Assembly (NCBI RefSeq): GCF_016125575.1
Contig: NZ_WGLM01000001.1
Coordinates: 201,128 to 265,127, forward strand
Direction of reading: 5' to 3'
Source: Limimaricola sp.
Lineage (GTDB): Bacteria > Pseudomonadota > Alphaproteobacteria > Rhodobacterales > Rhodobacteraceae
DNA: 64,000 nt
Shown here: positions 48,298-56,578 of the stretch, in pieces
How the letters are laid out: every line of letters begins with the position of its first letter
Position numbering within the stretch: the stretch's first letter is position 1
The notes under the pieces: generated by a model
The model's input: only the letters and a program-made list of their open reading frames with translations
The model's database searches: none
Told to the model about the DNA's origin: nothing
Position numbers and translations under genes: made by a program

Positions 48298-48876
48298 TCA
48301 GTCCAGCTGCCAATCGACGATCCGGGCAAGGTCGGGCCGGGGCCGCTCGGGCGGCGCGGCGGTTTCGGTCCCGATATGGACGAAACCCACGACCGATTCC
48401 CAATCGGATAACGCCAGCGCGGGGCCCATCAGCGCGCGGTCATGCGCGGCCCAGCCGGTCAGCCAGTTGGCCCCCCAGCCCGCCGCCAGCGCGGCGTTCA
48501 GCAGCGCGAGGCACGCCGCGCCGGCGGACCATGTCTGTTCGATCTGCGGGACCTTGTCCTGTGCCTTGGGGCTGGCGATGACGACGACGGCCAGCGGGCT
48601 GTCGCGGTATTGCGAGACGGCCTTTTCGGTGGCCGCGGCATCGAGGCTCAGCGTGGCGGCACGCGCGGCTACGGATTGCGCCAGCCGGTCCAGCGCGGCA
48701 CGGCCCAGCACGACAAAGCGCCACGGCTCCAGCTTGCCATGATCGGGCGTCCGCGCGGCGGCAGTTAGGATCTCGGTCAGCTGGTCGCGGTCGGGCGCGG
48801 GGCGGACAAGCGTTTTCGCGGGGCGCGAGCGGCGGGTCAGCAGGAAATCGAGGGCGGGCTGGTTGCGGGCGGGCAT
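48298..48876 (-). CDS. Nitroreductase family protein
   Basis: LLTRRSRPAKTL...PDHGKLEPWRFVVL. Confidence 0.85.
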   Translation of the reverse strand: MPARNQPALDFLLTRRSRPAKTLVRPAPDRDQLTEILTAAARTPDHGKLEPWRFVVLGRAALDRLAQSVAARAATLSLDAAATEKAVSQYRDSPLAVVVIASPKAQDKVPQIEQTWSAGAACLALLNAALAAGWGANWLTGWAAHDRALMGPALALSDWESVVGFVHIGTETAAPPERPRPDLARIVDWQLD

Positions 48877-48900
48877 GGCGGCTCCTGTCGTTGTGCCCGT

Positions 48901-50007
48901 TCAATAGCCCGTGGCCAGCGCCTGCGCCATCTCGTATAGCCGGGCCTCGACGAAGGCGTCGAAGGCGGCATCGGGCTGGCGCAGGGCAAAGACATCGCCG
49001 AAAGGATCGGGCGCCGCGATGCTGCTGCCCGCCATCTCGGCCAGTACGGCATGGCCGCAGAAGGGCACGTAGGTTTCCGAATAGCCCCCCTCATGCGCCA
49101 TCATCAGCCGCCCGCCGCAGACATCATGGGCAAGCTCCATCACCGCCCGGGTCATTTCGGCGAAGGTGCCCTGGTGCGCCAGCATTCGACCAAGCGGATC
49201 GTTCGCGGCAGCGTCAAAGCCGCAGGCGACGATGATCACGTCCGGCTGATGCGCGCGGATCGCCGGCAGGGCCAGTTGGCGCAGCGCGGCCAGATAGGTG
49301 ACGTGGCCGCAGCCCGGCGGCAGCGGGATGTTGAGGTTCGCCCCCTTGCCCGCGCCTTCGCCCCGGTCGGCGAAGGCGCCGGTATCCATCGGGTAATTCC
49401 GGTCCTGGTGGATCGAGACGGTCAGCACGTCGGCGCGGTCGTAGAAAATGGCCTCGGTCCCGTTGCCGTGGTGCACGTCCCAGTCCAGAACGGCAAAGCG
49501 CGCGGCCCGGCCAGCGGCGCGCGCAGCCTCGATCGCGATGGCGATATTGGCCATCAGGCAGAAACCGTTCGGCCCCTCGGGCAGGCAATGGTGCCCCGGC
49601 GGGCGCGACAGGGCATAGGCATTGTCCAATTCGCCACGCAGCACCGCGTCGAGCGCGGCCACCGCCAGCCCGGCCGACAGCGCCGCAATCTCGTATCCGC
49701 CGGAACTGAAGGGCGCGCGCCGGCCCAATTCGCCCCCACCCGCGTCCGACAGCGCCTTGAACCGGTCAAGGTAGTCGGCCGGGTGGACGCGCAGCAGGTC
49801 CTCGCGGCTGGCCTCGGGCGCGCCGCGCAGGTCCAGTTCGCGCGCCAGCCCCGTCACCTCGATCAGGTTCTTCAACCGCCGCTTGGTCTCGGGGTTTTCC
49901 GGCAGGCCGCCGCCGGGCTGCACCAGCCCGCCCACCGGCAACATTCCGGCGTAATTGCCACCGCCATGCCAGAACGTGCGTTCGTCCCAGAAAAACCCCG
50001 TGCTCAT
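48901..50007 (-). CDS. Histone deacetylase-family (class II HDAC / acetylpolyamine amidohydrolase-like) protein
   Basis: 368 aa from the internal ATG (MSTGFFWDE...). RPPGHH, DWDVHHGNGT and EGGY motifs. Confidence 0.88.
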   Translation of the reverse strand: MSTGFFWDERTFWHGGGNYAGMLPVGGLVQPGGGLPENPETKRRLKNLIEVTGLARELDLRGAPEASREDLLRVHPADYLDRFKALSDAGGGELGRRAPFSSGGYEIAALSAGLAVAALDAVLRGELDNAYALSRPPGHHCLPEGPNGFCLMANIAIAIEAARAAGRAARFAVLDWDVHHGNGTEAIFYDRADVLTVSIHQDRNYPMDTGAFADRGEGAGKGANLNIPLPPGCGHVTYLAALRQLALPAIRAHQPDVIIVACGFDAAANDPLGRMLAHQGTFAEMTRAVMELAHDVCGGRLMMAHEGGYSETYVPFCGHAVLAEMAGSSIAAPDPFGDVFALRQPDAAFDAFVEARLYEMAQALATGY

Positions 50008-50014
50008 GTGAATA

Positions 50015-50068
50015 CCTCTTCTTCTGGCTCCTAAATATCCTCGCCGAAGGCGAAAGCCCTGCCAAGGG
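50015..50068 (-). repeat. Intergenic repeat family, copy 3 (reverse orientation)
   Basis: The minus strand reads CCCTTGGCAGGGCTTTCGCCTTCGGCGAGGATATTTAGGAGCCAGAAGAAGAGG, ending 7 nt before the HDAC-like ATG. Confidence 0.7.
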
Positions 50069-50092
50069 CGGATCGGGATGCTATCAGGGCGC

Positions 50093-50341
50093 ATGACCGA
50101 TCTGTCCCACCTTGCCCGGCCGGGGGCCGAGATTGCCGTGCGTGTCACGCCCAAGGCCGCGTCCAACCGGATCGTGGCCGAGGCGGGGGCGATCCGGGTC
50201 TATGTCACCACGGTCCCCGAGGACGGCAAGGCGACCGCCGCCGTGGTCAAACTGCTGGCCAAGGCGCTGGGCGTGCCGAAGTCGCGCCTTGTGCTGGTCC
50301 GGGGCGCCACCGCGCGCGACAAGGTGTTCCGGCTGGACTGA
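50093..50341 (+). CDS. DUF167 (YggU) family protein
   Basis: GAEIAVRVTPKAASNRIV...RVYVTTVPEDGKATAAVVKLLAKALGVPKSRLVLVRGATARDKVFRL. ATG 50078 is an alternative start. Confidence 0.8.
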   Translation: MTDLSHLARPGAEIAVRVTPKAASNRIVAEAGAIRVYVTTVPEDGKATAAVVKLLAKALGVPKSRLVLVRGATARDKVFRLD

Positions 50342-50356
50342 GCCGGGGCAGAGCGC

Positions 50357-50605
50357 TCAGCCCTCGCCCTCTTCGGCGGGGCGCAGCCGGTAAACCCCTT
50401 CGGGCAGGTCCAGCGCCGCTTCCAGATCGCGCAATTGCACCATCGACAGCGTGATCTTGACCACACTGTCGGTGCGCGCGTCGTATTGTTCCAGCGTCAC
50501 GCAATCCTCGAAGGCGTTGATCGTGACGTCCTCTGTCAGCGGCGCGGGCCCTTCATCGACCAGCGTCACCACGGTCGCGTCGAACTCGTGTTCAATGGTA
50601 AACAT
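50357..50605 (-). CDS. Small acidic hypothetical protein
   Basis: 82 aa, MFTIEHEFDATVVTLVDEGPAPLTEDVTINAFEDCVTLEQYDAR..., from an internal ATG of the track ORF. Codon usage is native-looking. Confidence 0.55.
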   Translation of the reverse strand: MFTIEHEFDATVVTLVDEGPAPLTEDVTINAFEDCVTLEQYDARTDSVVKITLSMVQLRDLEAALDLPEGVYRLRPAEEGEG

Positions 50606-50699
50606 GCTGGGCAGCCTAGCGCGCCCTTTCGCCGATGCAAGCACGGGTGCGCGCCTTTCCCCTCTGGCCTGCGGGCGTGACCGGGCTAGACTGCGGTGC

Positions 50700-51404
50700 A
50701 TGTTCCTGCGTCGCCTTCTGATCGTCATAGTTTGCCTCGGGCTCGCCGCCTGCGACGTGGCTGCGCCCAAGACGCCGTCGGCGCCTGTTTCGTCCGAGCG
50801 CAGCGCGGCGGCGCGGGCGGCGGTGCAGATGTTCCTCGACGTGGTCGACAATGTCGCCCCGGTTGCTGCCAGCGATTGCCGGGCCCGCGCCCCCGGTCGC
50901 GACTGCAACTTCGTGATCGGTGTCGACAGCGATCCACGCCAGCCGCCCAACGCCTTTCAGACCACCGACCGAAATGGGCACCCGGTGATTGTCTTTACCA
51001 TCGCACTGATCGCCAGCGTGCAAAACCCGGATGAGTTGGCCTTCGTCATGTCGCACGAGGTGGCGCACCATATTCTTGGTCATCTTGCGCTGACGCAGGC
51101 CAATGCCGCCGCCGGGGCCGACGCGATGGTGCGCATCGCTGCGGCCAATGGCCGGACCACGCGCGCGCAGTTGCGGGCAGCACAGCAGCTTGGCGCCGAA
51201 TTGGGCGCGCGGCGATATTCGAAGGAATTCGAGTTGCAGGCGGACGCCCTTGGCACCGTCATCGCCCATGATGCGGGCTATGACCCGGTCAAGGGCGCGC
51301 TCTTTTTCTTCCGGCTGCCAGATCCCGGCAACGATTTCATGAGCACCCATCCCGGCAATGCCGAGCGTTACGCGCTGGTGCAGCGGGTGGCGGCGGGGTT
51401 CTAG
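50700..51404 (+). CDS. M48-family zinc metallopeptidase lipoprotein
   Basis: Lipobox LGLAAC after MFLRRLLIVIVC. HEVAHH zinc motif, then EFELQAD. Confidence 0.85.
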   Translation: MFLRRLLIVIVCLGLAACDVAAPKTPSAPVSSERSAAARAAVQMFLDVVDNVAPVAASDCRARAPGRDCNFVIGVDSDPRQPPNAFQTTDRNGHPVIVFTIALIASVQNPDELAFVMSHEVAHHILGHLALTQANAAAGADAMVRIAAANGRTTRAQLRAAQQLGAELGARRYSKEFELQADALGTVIAHDAGYDPVKGALFFFRLPDPGNDFMSTHPGNAERYALVQRVAAGF

Positions 51405-52039
51405 GCGGCAAACGCACCGATGCTGATCGCGGCAAAGAAACAGCCTGATCCGGCCAGCACGAAGCCGTGCCAGATGGCCATCGCATATTTCAGGTCTTCC
51501 CACGAAAAGAATAGCGTGCCCGCGGTATAAAGCGCGCCGCCCAGTCCGATCAGGATCAGCGCCGTCATCGGCAGCACCTGCATCAGCGACAGCGCCAGCA
51601 GCAGGCTCATCCAGCCCAAGAGCAGGTAAAGCGTGGTGGAATAGCGCCCCGCCGCACGCCAGAAGAACAGCTTGGCTGCGGCGCCGATCAGCGCCAGCAC
51701 CCAGACCACGGCCAGAACAACATAGCCAAAGACGGACCCCAGCATGACGACAAGCGGCGTGTAGGTGCCCGCGATCTTGACGTAGATCGCGGCATGATCG
51801 AGCCGTTGCAGCGACGGGCGCAGCCGTTCCCAAGGGGTGAAATGGTAGAAAAGCGATGCGATGAAGCTGAAACTCATCGCGCCGCCGTAAATGCTCAGCG
51901 CCGCAACCCGGCTTCCGCCAAGGCGCGGACTGGCCAGCACGATCAGCAGGATGGTTCCACACAAGGCCAGCGTAACCGCCAGCGCATGAACCAGCGCGTC
52001 GGCAATCCGCTCGGATCGGGCAAAGGCTGGATAATCCAC
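51401..52039 (-). CDS. trhA: Hemolysin III / PAQR family channel protein
   Basis: 212 aa, 7 TM. N-terminal ERIADALVHALAV and C-terminal AIWHGFVLAGSGCFF patterns. Confidence 0.85.
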   Translation of the reverse strand: MDYPAFARSERIADALVHALAVTLALCGTILLIVLASPRLGGSRVAALSIYGGAMSFSFIASLFYHFTPWERLRPSLQRLDHAAIYVKIAGTYTPLVVMLGSVFGYVVLAVVWVLALIGAAAKLFFWRAAGRYSTTLYLLLGWMSLLLALSLMQVLPMTALILIGLGGALYTAGTLFFSWEDLKYAMAIWHGFVLAGSGCFFAAISIGAFAA

Positions 52040-52208
52040 GCGATCCCTCCCTGAATACCGGACCCATCATAACCGGGGATCATGACATTATTTGGAAATT
52101 GTGATGAATATTGCAAACATGCCGTTGGGTCAGGCAGGGCCGGGTCGTGCGCGGGAGTCCGCCGGAGCCGGCCATGCCCGTGGCAGGCGCGGGGAGGCGC
52201 AGGGGAGC

Positions 52209-52571
52209 ATGGTGATCGAGACGATGCGGCGGGTTTGGCTGCGCGCGAAATGGTCGTGGCAGGGGGTGGTGCATGTCTGGCGTACCGAGGGTTCGCTGCA
52301 GCAATGGCTGTGGGCCAACGCAGTATCGTTGACCGCGGCGTTCCTGTTGCCGCTGTCCAGCACGGAACGTGCGATGCTGCTGATGGGGGGCGTGATGATC
52401 CTTGCCGCCGAATGCATGAACACGGCAATCGAACGGGTGGTTGATGACATCTCGACCGAACGGCGCGACCGGGCGGGGCAGGCCAAGGACGCCGGAAGTG
52501 CAGCCGTGGCGCTGACGGGCGTCGCGGTAGGCCTTGTCTGGGTCTGCGTGATCTGGCGATTGCTCAGCTGA
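52209..52571 (+). CDS. dgkA: Diacylglycerol kinase (DgkA, prokaryotic 3-TM type)
   Basis: ECMNTAIERVVD and AKDAGSAAV motifs, 120 aa. Confidence 0.88.
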   Translation: MVIETMRRVWLRAKWSWQGVVHVWRTEGSLQQWLWANAVSLTAAFLLPLSSTERAMLLMGGVMILAAECMNTAIERVVDDISTERRDRAGQAKDAGSAAVALTGVAVGLVWVCVIWRLLS

Positions 52572-53244
52572 CGCGCAGGCGGCGCATTGTCACCACCTGC
52601 TGCACCAGAGCCATCGGGCCCACGCTGCGGGCCATGTCACCGATCATCTTCGCATCGGCAACCAGCCCCTTGCGCCAGCCATACTTGCGGCCCTTCAGCG
52701 GGCTTTGCACGCCACGCCAGCGCACCACGGCCACCGGTGCGCGCCGCGCGATCAGCAGGCGGTTGAGATAGACCTCGAAGCCGAAGCGCGGCAGGTTCAG
52801 CAGCGCGGCCTCGTGCCCGTCGAGCAGGGCCTTGGGCAGCACCCGCTCGCCCGAAATGTAATCAATCCCGATCATCCGCCAAAGCGCCGGTGCATTGTCG
52901 CGCAAGCTGATCGCCACCTCGGCGCGGCCTGCGGTCACCGGCGCGATCAGCGCGTCCAGATGGGCAGGTGTCAGCCCGGTCAGGTCGGCATCTATCAGCA
53001 TCAGGTGGGCGCCCTGCGCGGCGGCCACGCCGGCCAGCAGGGCCCGCGTCTTGCCGCCGTTGCGGTCCATCTCGATCAGCCGCGCGCCGGTGACCGCGCG
53101 GACCAGCGCGGGCGTGCCGTCGGTCGAGCCGTCGTCCACGACGATCACCTCGTCCACGCCCGGATGGCCGACGACCGCTTCCAGCACCGCGCCGATACGC
53201 GCCGCCTCGTTATAGGCGGGGATGATGCAGGTCAGCCCGCTCAT
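52564..53244 (-). CDS. Glycosyltransferase family 2 (small, polyprenol-phosphate-sugar-transferase-like)
   Basis: CIIPAYNEAARI...VIVVDDGSTDGT...NGGKTRAL...LIDADL. The ATG overlaps the DedA stop (ATGA). Confidence 0.85.
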   Translation of the reverse strand: MSGLTCIIPAYNEAARIGAVLEAVVGHPGVDEVIVVDDGSTDGTPALVRAVTGARLIEMDRNGGKTRALLAGVAAAQGAHLMLIDADLTGLTPAHLDALIAPVTAGRAEVAISLRDNAPALWRMIGIDYISGERVLPKALLDGHEAALLNLPRFGFEVYLNRLLIARRAPVAVVRWRGVQSPLKGRKYGWRKGLVADAKMIGDMARSVGPMALVQQVVTMRRLRVS

Positions 53245-53816
53245 TCCTTCTGGCCCTTGGAATGGACGTACCAGAACAGCGCCGCTGCAACGAGCGCGAT
53301 CAGCATGACGACCGAGATCTTGCCGATATAGCCGTTGATGCTGGCATAGGCATGGCCAATCGTGAAGCCGACGATGGTGAAGAACAACGTCTTGGGCACG
53401 GTGCCGACAAGGTTGTACCAAAGGAACGGCCAAAACGGCATCCGCGCCGCCCCGGCCGCCAGCAGCACCAGAAACCCCGCCGAATGGGTGATCTTGCCGA
53501 TCACGATGGTGCGCCCGCCCTTGGCCTTGAAATGCGCGACAAGGGCGGCCAGCCGTGCTTCGTCGCCGCCGATCCGGGCCAGCCAGTGTGCAGGCAAGAA
53601 GCGCGGCCCGGCCCGGCCCAGCGCGTACATGCCGGCATCGCCCACAAGGTCGGCCAGCACACACACGCCATAGACCGCAACGACGTTCATATACCCCAGC
53701 CGCGCGAAGTAGGCCCCGATCACGGTGACGATCGGTCCTTCGAGGATGGCGATGGGGAACAGCAGCGCCAGTCCGTAGGTCTGCAGAAGTTGCGCCAGTG
53801 CGGCCGTGGTGAACAT
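53241..53816 (-). CDS. DedA/VTT-domain membrane protein
   Basis: MFTTAALAQLLQTYGLALLFPIAILEGPIVTVIGAYFA is the DedA signature region. The start overlaps the GT21 stop. Confidence 0.8.
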   Translation of the reverse strand: MFTTAALAQLLQTYGLALLFPIAILEGPIVTVIGAYFARLGYMNVVAVYGVCVLADLVGDAGMYALGRAGPRFLPAHWLARIGGDEARLAALVAHFKAKGGRTIVIGKITHSAGFLVLLAAGAARMPFWPFLWYNLVGTVPKTLFFTIVGFTIGHAYASINGYIGKISVVMLIALVAAALFWYVHSKGQKE

Positions 53817-54955
53817 CAGCCGCGCCCCTTTCCGTCCTGTCCTGGGATCTGGGCCACGGTCATCTTGTTGCCGCGCCACTCAAACCCGCTGCCCGCCCAG
53901 GCCGAGACCCAGAGCGCCGGGATCAGCGCGTCGCGCAACAGCCACGCGGCGATGTCGGCGGGGCCGGCCGGCCAGCTTGCGCGCCGCGCCAGCAGCCATT
54001 CGGCACCGTACCACGCCAGCGCGCCGAGGGCCGCCATGGGCCATGACAGCACGCCCGTCGCGCCGAGCAGGGCGAGGCCCAGCATCGGAAAGAACCCGCC
54101 CGAGGCGATCTCGGCCATGAAAAGGCCGAGAAAGCCCAGCCGCCGCACACGCGCCCAGCGCACCTGCCGGTTCCAGACCTCGGCCCAGTTGCGCCGGCCC
54201 AAGGGCTGCGGCAGCGGCGCGGTCAACAGGCGCACCTTCAGGCCGCGGCCTCGGACCGCTTTGGTCGACGCCACGTCTTCGGCCATTTCCTGGCCGAGCT
54301 TCACCAGCCCGCCCGCATCTTCAAGGATATCGCGCCGCCAGAACAGCATCTTGCCTTGGGCAAAGCCGTTGCCCATGCTGTCGGACATCAGCTGCATCCG
54401 GTCCTGGTAGGTGTTGAGAAAGGCCGCCTCGAGCGCGGCCCAGAATCCTTCGGGGCGGATGCCTGCAGGCGGAGAGCTGACCAGCCCGGTGCCCGGCGTC
54501 CAATGCCCGAGAAGCTGGTCGAGATAGTCGGGCGGCAGCAGGACGTTGCTGTCGGCCATCAGGATCCAGTCGTATTTCGCGGCGTACCAGCCCTTCACGA
54601 GGTTGTTGAGCTTGGGGTTGCCGCTGGGCCGTTCGTCGCCGATCAGCAGCCGCGCGTCGACCTGCGGATGCGCCGCGATCAGCCGTTCGACCACCGGCAC
54701 GATCGGGTCGTCCGCATCGGCGCAGCAGAACAGGATTTCATAGTCCGGGTAGGCGGGGGTAAAGGTCGAGGCCAGCGTTTCCTCGATATGGTTCTCGATC
54801 CCGCGCACCGGGCGCAGCACGCTGACCGGGGGGCGACCCGCGATGCCGCCCTTGGGCGCGCGCCGACCGAGCCTCATCCAGACCGTACCAACGGTGATCG
54901 TCTGAATGACGAATGCGACAATGACAAAGGCCGCGATCCAGAATTCGGCCTGCAT
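53816..54955 (-). CDS. Glycosyltransferase family 21 (ceramide-glucosyltransferase-like; Pgt/HpnI-like)
   Basis: 379 aa from the internal ATG (MQAEFWIAAFV...). VSVLRPVRG, ADSNV and RQVRWARV = (Q/R)xxRW motif. Confidence 0.8.
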   Translation of the reverse strand: MQAEFWIAAFVIVAFVIQTITVGTVWMRLGRRAPKGGIAGRPPVSVLRPVRGIENHIEETLASTFTPAYPDYEILFCCADADDPIVPVVERLIAAHPQVDARLLIGDERPSGNPKLNNLVKGWYAAKYDWILMADSNVLLPPDYLDQLLGHWTPGTGLVSSPPAGIRPEGFWAALEAAFLNTYQDRMQLMSDSMGNGFAQGKMLFWRRDILEDAGGLVKLGQEMAEDVASTKAVRGRGLKVRLLTAPLPQPLGRRNWAEVWNRQVRWARVRRLGFLGLFMAEIASGGFFPMLGLALLGATGVLSWPMAALGALAWYGAEWLLARRASWPAGPADIAAWLLRDALIPALWVSAWAGSGFEWRGNKMTVAQIPGQDGKGRG

Positions 54956-54956
54956 A

Positions 54957-55883
54957 CTAGTTGGCCAGCGCCAGCCCGTCTTCGTCCTGCTGCCCGGCCT
55001 CCGGCGTGCCGGGGACTGGCCGACGATCGGACCAGTCCAGAAGGCGCAGCGTGCCATCGGCCTCTTCGGCAATGGCGCTGCGGTTTTCCACCCAGTCGCC
55101 GCAATTGGCATAGGCCACACCGAAACGAGCATGCAGGGCAGGCTGATGGAAATGACCACAGACGATGCCATCAAGGCCCTGCGCCACGGCCAATGCCGAC
55201 AGCCGCTCTTCAAACCGGTCGGAGGCGCGCAACATGCCGTTGACGACGTTTACCAGTTCCTCGATCCCGTCCCAGCGCCGCCAGCCAAGGCGTTTCAGGC
55301 CGCGGTTTACCTGCTTGTTGACCTCGCGCAGCAGGCTTTCCATCCACGCGCCGACATTGGCAAGCCACGGCACGGTACGCGCAAACACATCGCAACTGTC
55401 GCCGTGGATGACGAGGTAGCGCCGCCCGTCAGCCGCTTCGTGTATGCATTGCTGGGCGATGGTGACCGCGTCGAAATGCCGTCCCTGAAAGCGCATGAAA
55501 AGGGCGTCATGGTTACCGGGAAGATAGGTGACCTGCGTGCCCGATTGCTGGATGTCCATCAGCTGGCGCACGACGGCATCATGTTCGGGGGTCCAGTTCG
55601 GGCCCATTGGCCGCCACGTATCGAAGACATCGCCCACAAGATAGAGATGATCGGCGCTGTGATGGCGCAGGAATTCGGCCAGTTCGACAGCCTGACACCC
55701 CTTCGATCCAAGGTGGAAATCCGACAGGAACAGGCTGCGATAGTGACGGCGCGCAGGCGCGGGCACATCGCGCGTCACACGCGGAAGCATGGTGTGAGGA
55801 TGCGAGGTGCGGGCCGTGGCCAAATCATGTCCCCCAGCCTGCTGCGGCGTCAGGTTCCGGCCACCCTCATAAGGACTGTCCAT
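54957..55883 (-). CDS. plcP: LpxH-type metallophosphoesterase, PlcP-like (candidate phosphate-starvation phospholipase C)
   Basis: LFLSDFHLG, VGDVFD, GNHD, IHGD and CGHFH motifs. ATG 55790 (MLPRV) is an alternative start. Confidence 0.7.
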   Translation of the reverse strand: MDSPYEGGRNLTPQQAGGHDLATARTSHPHTMLPRVTRDVPAPARRHYRSLFLSDFHLGSKGCQAVELAEFLRHHSADHLYLVGDVFDTWRPMGPNWTPEHDAVVRQLMDIQQSGTQVTYLPGNHDALFMRFQGRHFDAVTIAQQCIHEAADGRRYLVIHGDSCDVFARTVPWLANVGAWMESLLREVNKQVNRGLKRLGWRRWDGIEELVNVVNGMLRASDRFEERLSALAVAQGLDGIVCGHFHQPALHARFGVAYANCGDWVENRSAIAEEADGTLRLLDWSDRRPVPGTPEAGQQDEDGLALAN

Positions 55884-55922
55884 CGATCGTCTCGCCTTGT
55901 CAGCTTCGCCGTCGCGACACCT

Positions 55923-55973
55923 ATTAGGGTGGTATCACGAAAAAGTCACGGGTGCATTACAGTTTTGTAATAC
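55923..55973 (-). promoter_or_regulatory. Pho-box-like array: five 7-mers at exact 11-nt phasing
   Basis: The minus strand reads GTATTAC aaaa CTGTAAT gcac CCGTGAC tttt TCGTGAT acca CCCTAAT. The array ends 39 nt upstream of ATG 55883. Confidence 0.45.
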
Positions 55974-56092
55974 GAGTCTGCGCCCGCTCCTTTCCCGCCG
56001 CCTAATATCGTCATTCGCGCCGGTTCTGCAAGGGAGGGGTGCCCGCCGCCGGTCAGCCCAGCGTCAGGTTCGGGCACCCCCGGAACGGCCGT

Positions 56093-56470
56093 TCAGCGGC
56101 CGTTGCGCAGCAGGTTGGCGGCAAAGCTGAGAACGCCCAGCATCACCAGAACCTCCGCGATGGGGGCCACCGGGAACATCGCCGTCTCGGCGATGCGGCC
56201 GGTCAGCAGCAGGACAAGCATGGTGACAAGCAGCAGCGTGCCCACTTGGTGCAGCCAGAAATGGGCCGTGGCCAGCCCGCTTTCGGCCATGGCAGGAACG
56301 ACGCGATACACAAGACCGAAGACACTCATCAACGTGAAACCGAGAAGGTTGATATGCGCATGGGCCGGCACCAGCGTGTGGTCGGTCGATGCGCCCATGT
56401 ACATCCCGATGCTGATACCAGCGATCAGGTAGAGGCAGCCCATCACGAGAAATCCACGAGATACGTTCAT
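56093..56470 (-). CDS. Small 4-TM membrane protein with conserved His residues (function unknown)
   Basis: 125 aa, ...DHTLVPAHAHINLLGF...TAHFWLHQVG.... Confidence 0.6.
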   Translation of the reverse strand: MNVSRGFLVMGCLYLIAGISIGMYMGASTDHTLVPAHAHINLLGFTLMSVFGLVYRVVPAMAESGLATAHFWLHQVGTLLLVTMLVLLLTGRIAETAMFPVAPIAEVLVMLGVLSFAANLLRNGR

Positions 56471-56578
56471 CTTGTTCCCTCCGATCGGCGCTTGTCGACG
56501 CGCCGCGGGATCAAGGTATCACGATTGTGTTTGCACAGGCATACGGCAAATGCCTGTCTTTTTGGCATAGTCCGGAAA

